From positions 52,061-84,060 of the forward strand of contig NZ_AP019011.1 of the NCBI RefSeq assembly GCF_016110345.1: a DNA stretch of 32,000 nt. Direction: 5' to 3'. This document shows, piece by piece, positions 23,429 through 32,000 of this stretch; the first letter of the stretch is position 1; each line of letters starts with the position of its first letter. Made by a program: the position numbers and the translations under genes. The notes under the pieces were generated by a model. The model was not told the origin of the DNA and made no database searches. It saw nothing but the letters and a program-made list of their open reading frames with translations. This stretch comes from Fluviibacter phosphoraccumulans (GTDB taxonomy: Bacteria; Pseudomonadota; Gammaproteobacteria; Burkholderiales; Rhodocyclaceae).

Positions 23429-24191
23429 GTCCTGTGACTCAACCAACCGGTTATTGCTCGATGCCGCAGATGCGGGTATCAGCGCCGGTGCGGTGTTTGT
23501 GGCGCGAGAACAAACGGCGGGTCGTGGACGGCGTGGTCGGCATTGGATCGCGGCACCTGGCGACAGTCTGACGTTTTCTTTACTGTGGACTTTTGCGGCC
23601 GACCCGGCCAAGCTCAGTGGTTTATCGCTGGTCGTTGGTCTGGCCGTTGTGCAAGCGTTGTCGGCTGCCGCACTCGGCACTCGGCGAAGCCAGACCCGCG
23701 CGGGTCTGAAGTGGCCCAATGACATTCTGGTCGCGCGGGCCGATGGCAGCTTTGCCAAAGCTGGTGGTGTTTTAATTGAATCCGCGATGCGTCCTGCTGC
23801 GGCAGGCGGTAAAGAACTGGCGGTGGTGATCGGCATTGGTTTGAACTGTGCCGAGTCAACTTCGGTGAATGCCGGGGTTGCTGATCAGTCTGTCGCGACT
23901 TTGTCAGAACTGTTTGAGCGCGACCTAACGCCAGAAATCTTGTTGCCTGTGCTGCTGGATGCGCTGTTTGAAACACTGGATACATTTGGGCACGCGGGGT
24001 TTGCTGGCTTCCGGGCGGTCTGGAATACGCAGAATCTCTGGCAAGATCAGTTCGTGCAGGTCAAAGAAGGCGCGACGGTGTTACACGAAGGGATCTGCCG
24101 TGGGGTGGACGACGCAGGGGCGCTCTGCATAGAAACTGTAGACGGTATGACGCACATTGTTTCGGGCGACGTGAGCTTGCGCAAGGTATAG
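23376..24191 (+). CDS. birA: Biotin--[acetyl-CoA-carboxylase] ligase, without an N-terminal repressor HTH
   Basis: ESCDSTN, GRGRRGRHW and KWPNDIL are BPL signature motifs. Only ~270 aa, so there is no winged-helix domain. The 5' end overlaps the ntrC 3' end by ~50 nt if ATG 23376/23379 is used. Confidence 0.85.
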   Translation: MMKTPLPNQPIRQLTRFESCDSTNRLLLDAADAGISAGAVFVAREQTAGRGRRGRHWIAAPGDSLTFSLLWTFAADPAKLSGLSLVVGLAVVQALSAAALGTRRSQTRAGLKWPNDILVARADGSFAKAGGVLIESAMRPAAAGGKELAVVIGIGLNCAESTSVNAGVADQSVATLSELFERDLTPEILLPVLLDALFETLDTFGHAGFAGFRAVWNTQNLWQDQFVQVKEGATVLHEGICRGVDDAGALCIETVDGMTHIVSGDVSLRKV

Positions 24192-24198
24192 TCGCAGC

Positions 24199-24954
24199 AT
24201 GAATCTGTTACTCGATTGCGGCAACACCCGGCTCAAGTGGGCGATTTCCGATCCGTTAAGCATCGGAACCGGTAGGCACATGGTTGAGAAAGGTGTGGTC
24301 GATTACGAGTCCGAATCGCTGGCTGTATGGGCCAATCGACTGAACAGCCAGGGGCTCAAGTGGCTCCAGTATTCAAGCGTTATTAGCCCTGAACAAGAAG
24401 CTCAGGTATTGGCAGCCCTGGCACCGCTTGGACTGAAATCAAGTCGGTTTGCGGTCACTGCGCAGGCGGGGAAGCTGCATAACCTCTATGCCACACAAGA
24501 GACGCTGGGTGTCGACCGTTGGGCGGCCGCCATTGGCGCCTGGGGTCTGGTCGGTCAATCCTGTTTGGTCATTGGGGCGGGCACGGCCACAACGGTCGAC
24601 CTGATTGAATCTACCGCTGCAGACACCGCCGTTTATCGTGGCGGGCTGATCTTGCCCGGCATTGCGTTGATGTTGCAGTCTCTGCATCAGCGAGCAGCAC
24701 GCCTGCCACTGGCAGAAGGTCGGTACTGTGCATCACCTGCGGTCGCTGACAATACGCACGATGCCATGACCTCGGGCGCGATTGAGGCAACCTGTGGTGC
24801 CATAGAACGTATGGGAAAGCGTTTGCCAGAGGATGCGCCATGGTTACTCACCGGCGGCAATGCGCCGTTGTTGCAGCAGGCTTTGGCTGATCGGGTCCGC
24901 GTGATCGACGACCTGGTGCTGGCCGGCCTCGCTTTAGACCTCGATCAGCGGTAG
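24199..24954 (+). CDS. coaX: Type III pantothenate kinase
   Basis: MNLLLDCGNTRLKWA, LGVDRW and GTATTVD are CoaX motifs. It follows the classic birA-coaX pairing. Confidence 0.9.
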   Translation: MNLLLDCGNTRLKWAISDPLSIGTGRHMVEKGVVDYESESLAVWANRLNSQGLKWLQYSSVISPEQEAQVLAALAPLGLKSSRFAVTAQAGKLHNLYATQETLGVDRWAAAIGAWGLVGQSCLVIGAGTATTVDLIESTAADTAVYRGGLILPGIALMLQSLHQRAARLPLAEGRYCASPAVADNTHDAMTSGAIEATCGAIERMGKRLPEDAPWLLTGGNAPLLQQALADRVRVIDDLVLAGLALDLDQR

Positions 24955-25692
24955 CGTCGCCGTGAGGCCGCGTAGCGCCTTGCGTGCGTTGCGCCAGTCT
25001 GGGTAGTGACTTTCTACGATGGCCCAGAAACGCGGGCTATGATTCATTTCTTTCAGGTGCGCCAGTTCATGCACGACGACATAGTCGATGAGCGTCGTCG
25101 GCACGTGCACGAGCCGCCAACTGAGTCGGATGTGACCACGACTGGTACAGCTGCCCCAGCGGGCACGTGCGTGCGATAGTGACAGCGCCGACACCTGCAC
25201 ATTCATCACCTTGGCGTAATGCGTGATTTGCATTTCAAAATATTGCAGGGCGTGGCTACGCAGCCATTGCACCAGCGCCCGATGGTTGCGAACCGTGTCG
25301 AGTGGGTCTTTGGTATGCAGGATGAGCGCGTCATCCTGTTGTTCAACGCGCGGACTGCGCGCAGTGTGGGTCGATGTCGTAACGCTGTGTGGCACACCGA
25401 ATAAGGGCAATGGCTCGGCCCCGGTGATCGCCCAGCCCCGACTGAATCGCTCCGGACGCCACACATCCAGTTTGTTAATGATCCAGGCTTCATGCGACAA
25501 GACCAATGATTCTGCCTGACGCACCGATAAATTCATCGGCCCGAGCACCCGGAGGCCGCGATGATCAATGGATAGGCAGAGTCTGCGGCGCGGGCTACGT
25601 TTAATGGTAAAAGGGACGATCCGGTCAGAGAGGGTGATGCGGTGCGCCTGCTCGCTGGGCTTGGGGTCAGCGCCGAACAGGAGGAAGTTCAC
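24934..25692 (-). CDS. YgjP-like metal-dependent hydrolase (M48/DUF45 family)
   Basis: The C-terminal zinc motif VVVHELAHLKEMNHSPRFW is present and the length is typical. It overlaps the coaX end tail-to-tail by 21 nt. Confidence 0.8.
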   Translation of the reverse strand: MNFLLFGADPKPSEQAHRITLSDRIVPFTIKRSPRRRLCLSIDHRGLRVLGPMNLSVRQAESLVLSHEAWIINKLDVWRPERFSRGWAITGAEPLPLFGVPHSVTTSTHTARSPRVEQQDDALILHTKDPLDTVRNHRALVQWLRSHALQYFEMQITHYAKVMNVQVSALSLSHARARWGSCTSRGHIRLSWRLVHVPTTLIDYVVVHELAHLKEMNHSPRFWAIVESHYPDWRNARKALRGLTATLPLIEV

Positions 25693-26395
25693 GCATGGCC
25701 TCTCGAATCCAGGTTTCTACCCGGTCATTTAATTCGCTATCGCTTAGTCCGGTGGGATCAATCGCCGGGCCGAAGCGAACGGTAATGGTGCCTGGCTTTT
25801 TAAGAAACGCATTGCGCGGCCAGAGTTCGCCGGCGTTGTGAGCAACCGGAATGACCGGGGCTCCTGTCCGTACGGCCAGGCGAGCCCCACCGGCCTTGAA
25901 TTTGCCCATGTGGCCCGGCGCAACGCGCGTGCCTTCCGGGAAGATGATGATGGACAATCCCTGTGCCAGCCGACGCTGACCTTGCGTGACAATTTTCCCT
26001 AATGCCGCTTTCCCGGCGCTGCGATCAATCCAGATCATGCGCAAGCCCCAGAGCGCCCAGCCAAAGAAGGGGATACGGAGCAGTTCGCGTTTAAGCACAA
26101 AGATGGCGGGCGGCGTCCAGATCTGCAGGGCAATGGTTTCCCAGGCTGACTGATGCTTGGCCAGATAAATGGCCGGTTCGGCGCTAATGTTTTCTCGTCC
26201 CTGGAGCTGTGTGCGGAAACCGAGCAGGGCATAACACATGCCCATAAAGCCATAGCGCCACATCTGGCAGACGGCGTAACAGCTTTTGAAGCGTGGGGAT
26301 TCCGGCAGCACATAAGTGCACAACACCAGCGTGCCGCAGATGACCGTCCAGACGGATAAGAGCAGCGTGAAAAGCGCAGAGCGAAGGGCGGTCAC
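25667..26395 (-). CDS. plsC: 1-acyl-sn-glycerol-3-phosphate acyltransferase
   Basis: N-terminal TM, acyltransferase block I variant AKHQSAWET, block III FPEGTR, block IV PVIPVA. Confidence 0.85.
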   Translation of the reverse strand: MTALRSALFTLLLSVWTVICGTLVLCTYVLPESPRFKSCYAVCQMWRYGFMGMCYALLGFRTQLQGRENISAEPAIYLAKHQSAWETIALQIWTPPAIFVLKRELLRIPFFGWALWGLRMIWIDRSAGKAALGKIVTQGQRRLAQGLSIIIFPEGTRVAPGHMGKFKAGGARLAVRTGAPVIPVAHNAGELWPRNAFLKKPGTITVRFGPAIDPTGLSDSELNDRVETWIREAMRELPPVRR

Positions 26396-26403
26396 GAGAG
26401 GCG

Positions 26404-26955
26404 TCAGTCTTTCTTCGACGGTTTGCCGAGTAGTGCATCCACGGCAGCGGCCAGGTCGGCACGGACTACCGTGCCCTCAGGCAGGTTGCCCTCCGCCACG
26501 GTCTTTTCACCCTTGCCGGTTTTGACCAGAATCGGGGCACAGCCAAGAGCGCTGGCGGCTTGCAGGTCTCGTAAAGAATCACCGATGGCCGGTACGCCAG
26601 ACAGATCCTGGTTATAGAGTGCGGCGATGCGCTCGAACATACCGGGCTTGGGTTTGCGACAGCTACAACCTTCATCCGCCGTGTGTGGGCAATAGAAAAT
26701 GGCATCGACTCGACCGCCAACCACGGCAAGTGCCTTATGCATTTTTTCATGCATGGCATTGAGTGTGTCCATGTCGAACAAGCCGCGACCAATGCCGGAC
26801 TGGTTCGTCGCAATAACCACCTTGTAACCCGCCTGATTCAAGCGGGCGATGGCTTCCAGACTGCCGGGCAGTGGCTTCCATTCGGCGGGCGACTTGATGT
26901 ACAGCGCTGAATCGACGTTGATGACACCGTCGCGGTCGAGAATGATCAGCTTCAT
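26404..26955 (-). CDS. gmhB: D-glycero-beta-D-manno-heptose-1,7-bisphosphate 7-phosphatase
   Basis: HAD motif I LILDRDGVIN, TNQSGIGRG, the Zn-finger insert CPHTADEGCSCRKP and GDSLRDL. Confidence 0.9.
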   Translation of the reverse strand: MKLIILDRDGVINVDSALYIKSPAEWKPLPGSLEAIARLNQAGYKVVIATNQSGIGRGLFDMDTLNAMHEKMHKALAVVGGRVDAIFYCPHTADEGCSCRKPKPGMFERIAALYNQDLSGVPAIGDSLRDLQAASALGCAPILVKTGKGEKTVAEGNLPEGTVVRADLAAAVDALLGKPSKKD

Positions 26956-26966
26956 GATGCGGCGTC

Positions 26967-29066
26967 TCAGACAGCCAGACGGGAGATGTCTGCCACGGCA
27001 TTCATCTGGTCAGACAGGGTCTTCAGTAGGGCCAAACGGTTCTGGCGAACTTGGGGATCGTCTGCCATCACCATGACATCTTCAAAGAAGGCATCAACGC
27101 TGGCGCGCACGCGGGCTAATGCCATCAGTGCATCGGTATAAGCTTCGTTCCGCACCGCTTCGCTAACCGTTGGGGCGAGTGCGGTCACTTCATCAAAGAG
27201 CGCTTTTTCGGCGGCTTCCGTTGTCAAGGCGCTGCTCGGTGTGCCAAGTGCACTCAGGTCTTCGACTTTCTTGAGCAGATTGCCGATACGCTTGTTCGCA
27301 GCCGCCAACGCCAGTGCATCGGGTACCGCGACAAACTCGCGCACGGCGGCCAGTCGGGCGGGTACCCGATCAATGCGGGCCGGGTTGACGCCGAGCACGG
27401 CTTCCACGACATCCTGTGGTTCGCCCTGATCTTTGAGCAGGTTGCGCAGGCGGTCGGTAATGAAGGCCAGCAGTCCCGATTCAAAATCGGCTTGCAGTGT
27501 GCCGGCCGGGAAAGTGCCTGCCGACCAGCTGATGAGCGCCGGTAATTCCAGCGGTAGTTGACGCTCCATCAGCAGGCGTAGCACGCCAAGCGCAGCGCGG
27601 CGCAGGCCGAAGGGGTCGCGATCACCCGTCGGCTTTTCGCCGATACCGAAGAACGAAACCAGGGTATCCATTTTGTCGGCCAGCGCCACGGCGCAACCGA
27701 CGTTACCCGATGGCAGTTCATCACCGGCAAAGCGCGGGCGGTAATGATCGGCAATGGCTTCGGCCACGTCCGCGGCTTCGCCATCGTGCTGGGCGTAGTA
27801 GCGGCCCATGATGCCCTGTAGTTCCGGGAACTCGCCCACCATATCGGTGACCAGGTCGGCCTTGGCCAGTTCGGCGGCACGGGCCACGTGCGTGGTATCA
27901 GCGCCGATGGCATTACCAATCTGAGTAGCCAGATTCTGTACGCGGAGCAGACGATCCAGCTGCGTGCCCAGCTTATTGTGATACACCACATTGCCGAGTT
28001 TCGAGATGCGCGAGGCCAGCGGCTCTTTGCGATCTTGCGTAAAGAAGAAGCGGGCATCCGACAGGCGCGGGCGCACCACGCGCTGGTTGCCGCCGATGAT
28101 GTGCTTGGGGTCGGCAACCGCCATGTTGGAGACGATCAGGAACTGATTGCGCAGCTTGCCTGAGGCATCCAGCAGGGGGAAATACTTCTGGTTCTGTTGC
28201 ATGGTCAGAATCAGACATTCCTGCGGTACTTCCAGGAACTCCGATTCGAACTCGCCGACATAAACGACGGGCCATTCCACCAGCGCAGTGACTTCATCTA
28301 GCAGACCATCGGCCTGATTGATCTGGGCGCCCAGCGCCTGTGCCTTGGCTGCCAGCTCGCCGCCAATGGTGCCGCGACGCTCAGCGTAGTCGGCCATCAC
28401 CTTGCCTTCGGTACGCAGGGTCTCTGCATAGGCCGTTGCATCAGGAATGGTGATCAGCCCCTTCGAGAGGAAGCGATGTCCCAGTGTTTGTTGACGTGAC
28501 GGCAGGCCCAGCACTTCACCTGGCACTAGTTGGTCGCCATGTAATTGAATCAGACCATGCACCGGACGCACAAATTGCACATCGGAGTCGCCCCAACGCA
28601 TCATCTTCGGGATTGGCAGTTTCTTGAGCGCATCGGCGACGATCCCAGACAGGACATCGTTCAGGTGCGCACCCGCCACCTGCATGGTGTAGAAGAAAGT
28701 CTCAGACTTGCCGTCCATGCGCTTGCTGAACTTGGGCAGTTCACTGGCGGCAATGCCTTTGGCTTCCAGTTTTTTGAGCAGGGCCGGCGATGGCTGGCCA
28801 TCGGCGCCGAGCGCCACGCTGACCGGCATCATCTTTTCTTCAACTTGTTGGTCGGCAGCGATATCCAGCACATCGGGGATCAACACGGCCAAACGGCGAG
28901 GCGTTGCAAACCACTGGTAAGCCACGTTGTCGGCAACCAGCTTACGCTGACTTAAGCCGGCAAAGACGCCCGCCGAAAAAACTTCACCAAAGCGAGCCAG
29001 CGCCTTCGGTGGCAATTCTTCAGTGAGCAGTTCAACGAGTAGGGGGGCAGTTTTGGCCTGAGTCAT
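26967..29066 (-). CDS. glyS: Glycine--tRNA ligase beta subunit
   Basis: [15 protein letters not shown] is the N-terminus and the match holds over the full GlyS length. ATG 29066 overlaps the glyQ stop (TAATG). The track ORF to 29099 is an upstream extension. Confidence 0.95.
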   Translation of the reverse strand: MTQAKTAPLLVELLTEELPPKALARFGEVFSAGVFAGLSQRKLVADNVAYQWFATPRRLAVLIPDVLDIAADQQVEEKMMPVSVALGADGQPSPALLKKLEAKGIAASELPKFSKRMDGKSETFFYTMQVAGAHLNDVLSGIVADALKKLPIPKMMRWGDSDVQFVRPVHGLIQLHGDQLVPGEVLGLPSRQQTLGHRFLSKGLITIPDATAYAETLRTEGKVMADYAERRGTIGGELAAKAQALGAQINQADGLLDEVTALVEWPVVYVGEFESEFLEVPQECLILTMQQNQKYFPLLDASGKLRNQFLIVSNMAVADPKHIIGGNQRVVRPRLSDARFFFTQDRKEPLASRISKLGNVVYHNKLGTQLDRLLRVQNLATQIGNAIGADTTHVARAAELAKADLVTDMVGEFPELQGIMGRYYAQHDGEAADVAEAIADHYRPRFAGDELPSGNVGCAVALADKMDTLVSFFGIGEKPTGDRDPFGLRRAALGVLRLLMERQLPLELPALISWSAGTFPAGTLQADFESGLLAFITDRLRNLLKDQGEPQDVVEAVLGVNPARIDRVPARLAAVREFVAVPDALALAAANKRIGNLLKKVEDLSALGTPSSALTTEAAEKALFDEVTALAPTVSEAVRNEAYTDALMALARVRASVDAFFEDVMVMADDPQVRQNRLALLKTLSDQMNAVADISRLAV

Positions 29067-29980
29067 TACGCGGCCTCCTTCTTGATCGCGGTGCCGCACA
29101 TCGGGAAACCAAGGGCCTCACGGCTGTCGTAATAGGCTTGTGCCACCTGACGGGCCAACGCACGTACGCGACCGATATAAGCGGCACGCTCGGTTACTGA
29201 GATAGCGCCACGGGCATCCAGCATATTGAAGGTGTGCGAACACTTCATCACCTGTTCGAACGCCGGAAGCGGCAGGGTCAGCGCCATCAGACGCTTGGCT
29301 TCGGTTTCGTGATCGGTAAAGTGGCGGAACAGCAGTTCTACGTTGGCGTGTTCGAAGTTATAGGTCGATTGCTCGACTTCGTTCTGGTGGAAGACGTCGC
29401 CGTAAGTCACGACGTGATCCCCGTTCTTCGACCAGACCAGGTCGTAAACGTTTTCAACGCCCTGCAGATACATGGCCAGGCGCTCCAGACCGTAGGTGAT
29501 TTCACCCAGCACCGGCTTGCAGGTCAGCGAACCGACTTCCTGGAAGTACGTGAACTGCGTGACTTCCATGCCGTCCAGCCAGACTTCCCAGCCCAGACCC
29601 CAGGCACCCAGGGTGGGCGACTCCCAGTCATCTTCCACAAAACGAATGTCATGTTCTTCTGTGTTGATACCGAGGGCACGCAATGAATCAATGTACAGAT
29701 CCATGATGTTGGGTGGCGACGGTTTCAGAACAACCTGATACTGGTAGTAGTGCTGCAGACGATTGGGGTTTTCGCCATAACGGCCATCTTTCGGGCGGCG
29801 CGAAGGCTGCACATAGGCGGCGCTCCAGGGCTCCGGGCCGATGGAACGCAGAAAGGTGGCGGTGTGGAAAGTGCCCGCACCGACTTCAATATCATAAGGT
29901 TGCAGCAGGACACAGCCCTGGCGGTTCCAGAATTCCTGCAGTCGCAGGATGACGTCCTGAAAGGTCAGCATGTTTTGCAT
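29066..29980 (-). CDS. glyQ: Glycine--tRNA ligase alpha subunit
   Basis: 304 aa. [40 protein letters not shown] matches GlyQ almost motif for motif. Confidence 0.97.
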   Translation of the reverse strand: MQNMLTFQDVILRLQEFWNRQGCVLLQPYDIEVGAGTFHTATFLRSIGPEPWSAAYVQPSRRPKDGRYGENPNRLQHYYQYQVVLKPSPPNIMDLYIDSLRALGINTEEHDIRFVEDDWESPTLGAWGLGWEVWLDGMEVTQFTYFQEVGSLTCKPVLGEITYGLERLAMYLQGVENVYDLVWSKNGDHVVTYGDVFHQNEVEQSTYNFEHANVELLFRHFTDHETEAKRLMALTLPLPAFEQVMKCSHTFNMLDARGAISVTERAAYIGRVRALARQVAQAYYDSREALGFPMCGTAIKKEAA

Positions 29981-30072
29981 TTCGTCTCGAGAAATGTGAG
30001 CGCAACAGCGCGCCTGATCGAAACCCCCGATTTTACGGGTTTTTTAGCCGGAGAGCAGCAGGATTCTTGTCT

Positions 30073-31641
30073 TCAGACCGTATGTCGGCGGCGTGTGAAG
30101 AGGCTCCAGGCCAAAATCACCAGTGAAACGCCAACAATCGGCCAGTCTAACCAGCGCTGATAGGGCGTTGTCCCCTGCATCCCCTGCACGGTGGTGATCA
30201 GCGCGTTGCGCGTAAATGCGGCCAGCACGGCCTGCCGCTCACCCTGCGGGTCAATGACAGCCGTCATGCCGGTATTGGTTGCGCGTAACATCGGGCGGCC
30301 GTTTTCAAGGGCGCGGATCTGGGCAATCTGCAAATGTTGTGGCTGCGCCAGCGAATCACCAAACCAGGCCGTATTCGACATGTTGACCATGAGCGTGGCA
30401 TCGGCAGCACGCTGGGCAATGGCCGTGCCAAAAATATCTTCGTAGCAAATATTCACGGCAATTTTCTGATGGTTCAGTTGCATCAGCGGTTGATCGAGTT
30501 CGCCTGCCGTAAAGTTGGGCAGGGGCATGTTGATCATTGTCAGGAACCAGCCAAAACCCGGTGGGGTGATTTCACCAAAAGGCACCAGATGCACTTTGTT
30601 ATAGACCTGCAGCGGGTCGCTGCCGATGGAGACCGCGCTGTTAGCGTACCAACTGCGTTCTTTGCTGGTTTCTCCAGTAGGTACCCCCATCAGGATATTG
30701 CCGCGTTGTTCCTGGCCTATCCGCTGTAGATCCTGGAGGAACTCGGCCGGAGCTTCCGAAAGCATCGAGGGAATCGCTGTTTCCGGCAGTACGATCAGTG
30801 TGGCCGGATTGTTGCGGGCCAGTTGGAAGTAGGTGATCAATGTTTGAACATACTGTTCCGGTTGCCACTTCATCGATTGCGGCACGTTGCCCTGAAGTAA
30901 GGATACTTTAAGTGGGGCGCCCTCGGGCTGCGTCCATTGCACATGCTGGAGGAGTGCGCCCCCCGTGATGAGTGCGGCAACCACCAATGATTGGGGGTTC
31001 AATGAGGATGACCAGTGCCAACCGGTATTACGCAAACGCAGCCAGAATTCGCCACATAGACCCGCCAGCCAGGCGGTCACGAAAGTCAGACCGTAACCAC
31101 CCAGAATAGGGGCATAACCCGCAAGCGGGCTGGGCGGTGTTTGGGTGTAGCCCAGGTTGAGCCAGGGAAAGCCGGTCAATAGCGTGCCGCGCAACCATTC
31201 AGTCAGTAACCAGCAGGCCGCAAAAAGGAGGGGACGAAATAGTCCGCTATCAAGGCGTGTTGTGCTCGGCGTGTGCGGTGCGGTGCGACCGGCCAAGCAA
31301 AGTGCGAAACCTGCGCCGGCCAGCAGCGGGTATATCGCCAAGTACGCCGCAAAAAGCACCGTGGCAATAAGCGCCAGCAGCATGGGCATGCCACCGATGT
31401 CGTGCATGCTGACGTACACCCAGGAAACACCCGTTAGGAACTGGCTGAGCCCGAAAAAGAACCCGATGCCAGCGGCCTGCCGTTTGCTGTGCGACGACCG
31501 CAATAACAAATAGAGCCCCGCCCAGCAAATAATGCCCAATGGCCATAATGAAAATGGCGCAAAGGCCGCAACCCCCAGAAAGCCCCAGCCGATGGCTTGG
31601 GCGTAAGGCGACAGGCGGCGGAAGTCCGGCTTCCAACGCAT
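30073..31641 (-). CDS. lnt: Apolipoprotein N-acyltransferase
   Basis: 522 aa. Multi-TM N-terminal half and a C-terminal nitrilase/CN-hydrolase domain (LIVLPETA, VNICYEDIF). Confidence 0.93.
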   Translation of the reverse strand: MRWKPDFRRLSPYAQAIGWGFLGVAAFAPFSLWPLGIICWAGLYLLLRSSHSKRQAAGIGFFFGLSQFLTGVSWVYVSMHDIGGMPMLLALIATVLFAAYLAIYPLLAGAGFALCLAGRTAPHTPSTTRLDSGLFRPLLFAACWLLTEWLRGTLLTGFPWLNLGYTQTPPSPLAGYAPILGGYGLTFVTAWLAGLCGEFWLRLRNTGWHWSSSLNPQSLVVAALITGGALLQHVQWTQPEGAPLKVSLLQGNVPQSMKWQPEQYVQTLITYFQLARNNPATLIVLPETAIPSMLSEAPAEFLQDLQRIGQEQRGNILMGVPTGETSKERSWYANSAVSIGSDPLQVYNKVHLVPFGEITPPGFGWFLTMINMPLPNFTAGELDQPLMQLNHQKIAVNICYEDIFGTAIAQRAADATLMVNMSNTAWFGDSLAQPQHLQIAQIRALENGRPMLRATNTGMTAVIDPQGERQAVLAAFTRNALITTVQGMQGTTPYQRWLDWPIVGVSLVILAWSLFTRRRHTV

Positions 31642-32000
31642 TAGTGATCTTCTCCGGAGCTTTCTGCCGCGATGGGCTGCGCGGAGGTTTCATGACGCAG
31701 ATCTTCAACCATCAGGCTGTAAAGCCGACGGTTATCAGCCCGCACCACGCGGAACAACAGACCGTTGAGTTCGATGCTTTCGTTACGGCGTGGCACGCGA
31801 CCCAGATGGTGGACGATCTGGCCACCAATCGTTTGTGCTTCGCGTTCGTCCAGTTCGCAGGAGAATTTTTCGTTAAAAGTGTCGACGGGGGTTTGTGCTT
31901 TCACCCGATAACGGCCGCTGGCGTCGAGCTGGATGTCGGTGTCGAGCTGTGCCGCATCGTGTTCGTCTTCGATTTCGCCGACGATCTCTTCCAGGACATC
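31641..32000 (-). CDS. corC: CorC/HlyC family magnesium/cobalt efflux-associated protein, C-terminal part (5' end outside the window)
   Basis: The frame is open to the window edge: DVLEEIVGEIEDEHD...GRYRVKAQTPVDTFNEKF...IGGQIVHHLGRVPRRNESIELNGLLFRVVRADNRRLYSLMV is the CorC_HlyC transporter-associated domain. Its stop overlaps the lnt ATG (TAATG). Confidence 0.85.
   Translation of the reverse strand, partial: DVLEEIVGEIEDEHDAAQLDTDIQLDASGRYRVKAQTPVDTFNEKFSCELDEREAQTIGGQIVHHLGRVPRRNESIELNGLLFRVVRADNRRLYSLMVEDLRHETSAQPIAAESSGEDH

Noticed and set aside
22982-23836. 284-aa minus-strand ORF spanning the ntrC/birA junction
   Set aside because: It overlaps two well-supported plus-strand genes. The sequence is Ala/Arg/Ser/Pro-rich with no domain signature.
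1-32000. CRISPR arrays, rRNA genes, IS elements with terminal inverted repeats, and known defence systems (RM, CBASS, retron, TA pairs)
   Set aside because: I saw no regularly spaced direct repeats, no transposase-like ORF, no reverse transcriptase, nuclease-helicase or methyltransferase motifs, and no small adjacent toxin/antitoxin-like pair. The DUF4160-like segment is fused to the integrase and has no DUF2442 partner.

Overview
This looks like a chromosomal segment from a Gram-negative bacterium. The gene order (glyQ-glyS-gmhB-plsC, glnA-ntrB-ntrC, birA-coaX, lnt-corC) and the C-terminal-Phe porins suggest a beta-proteobacterium of the Neisseriales/Chromobacteriaceae type, but that is inference only. 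About three quarters of the window is ordinary housekeeping: a partial efflux adaptor, a GltS-like FMN protein, ychF, a SYLF protein, gluQ, a translationally coupled nadA-EEP-clsB operon, a rhodanese, a CDF transporter, and glnA with a sigma54 promoter and NtrC enhancer sites. It continues with ntrB/ntrC, birA, coaX, a YgjP-like hydrolase, plsC, gmhB, glyS, glyQ, lnt and partial corC. The accessory part lies at about 5.9-14.0 kb. Two same-strand general porin genes are mosaic paralogues with near-identical ends and divergent middles. They are separated by about 5.4 kb of visibly more A/T-rich DNA. That insert carries a tyrosine integrase with an unusual C-terminal DUF4160-like extension, three small unknown genes and a 680-bp structured non-coding stretch. 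It also carries a 189-aa catalytic-domain-only (Fim-type) tyrosine recombinase and a 407-aa protein I cannot place. A perfect 80-bp direct repeat (last codons of the porin plus its terminator) ends 2 nt before the integrase stop codon and recurs after the second porin. This suggests an integrative island that targets a porin 3' end and brings its own porin allele. Both porin genes share a strange start: the only upstream in-frame ATG is followed directly by TAA, and a complete signal peptide with no canonical start codon follows. I recognised no rRNA, tRNA or CRISPR array. All homology calls come from reading the translated ORFs by eye; nothing was searched.
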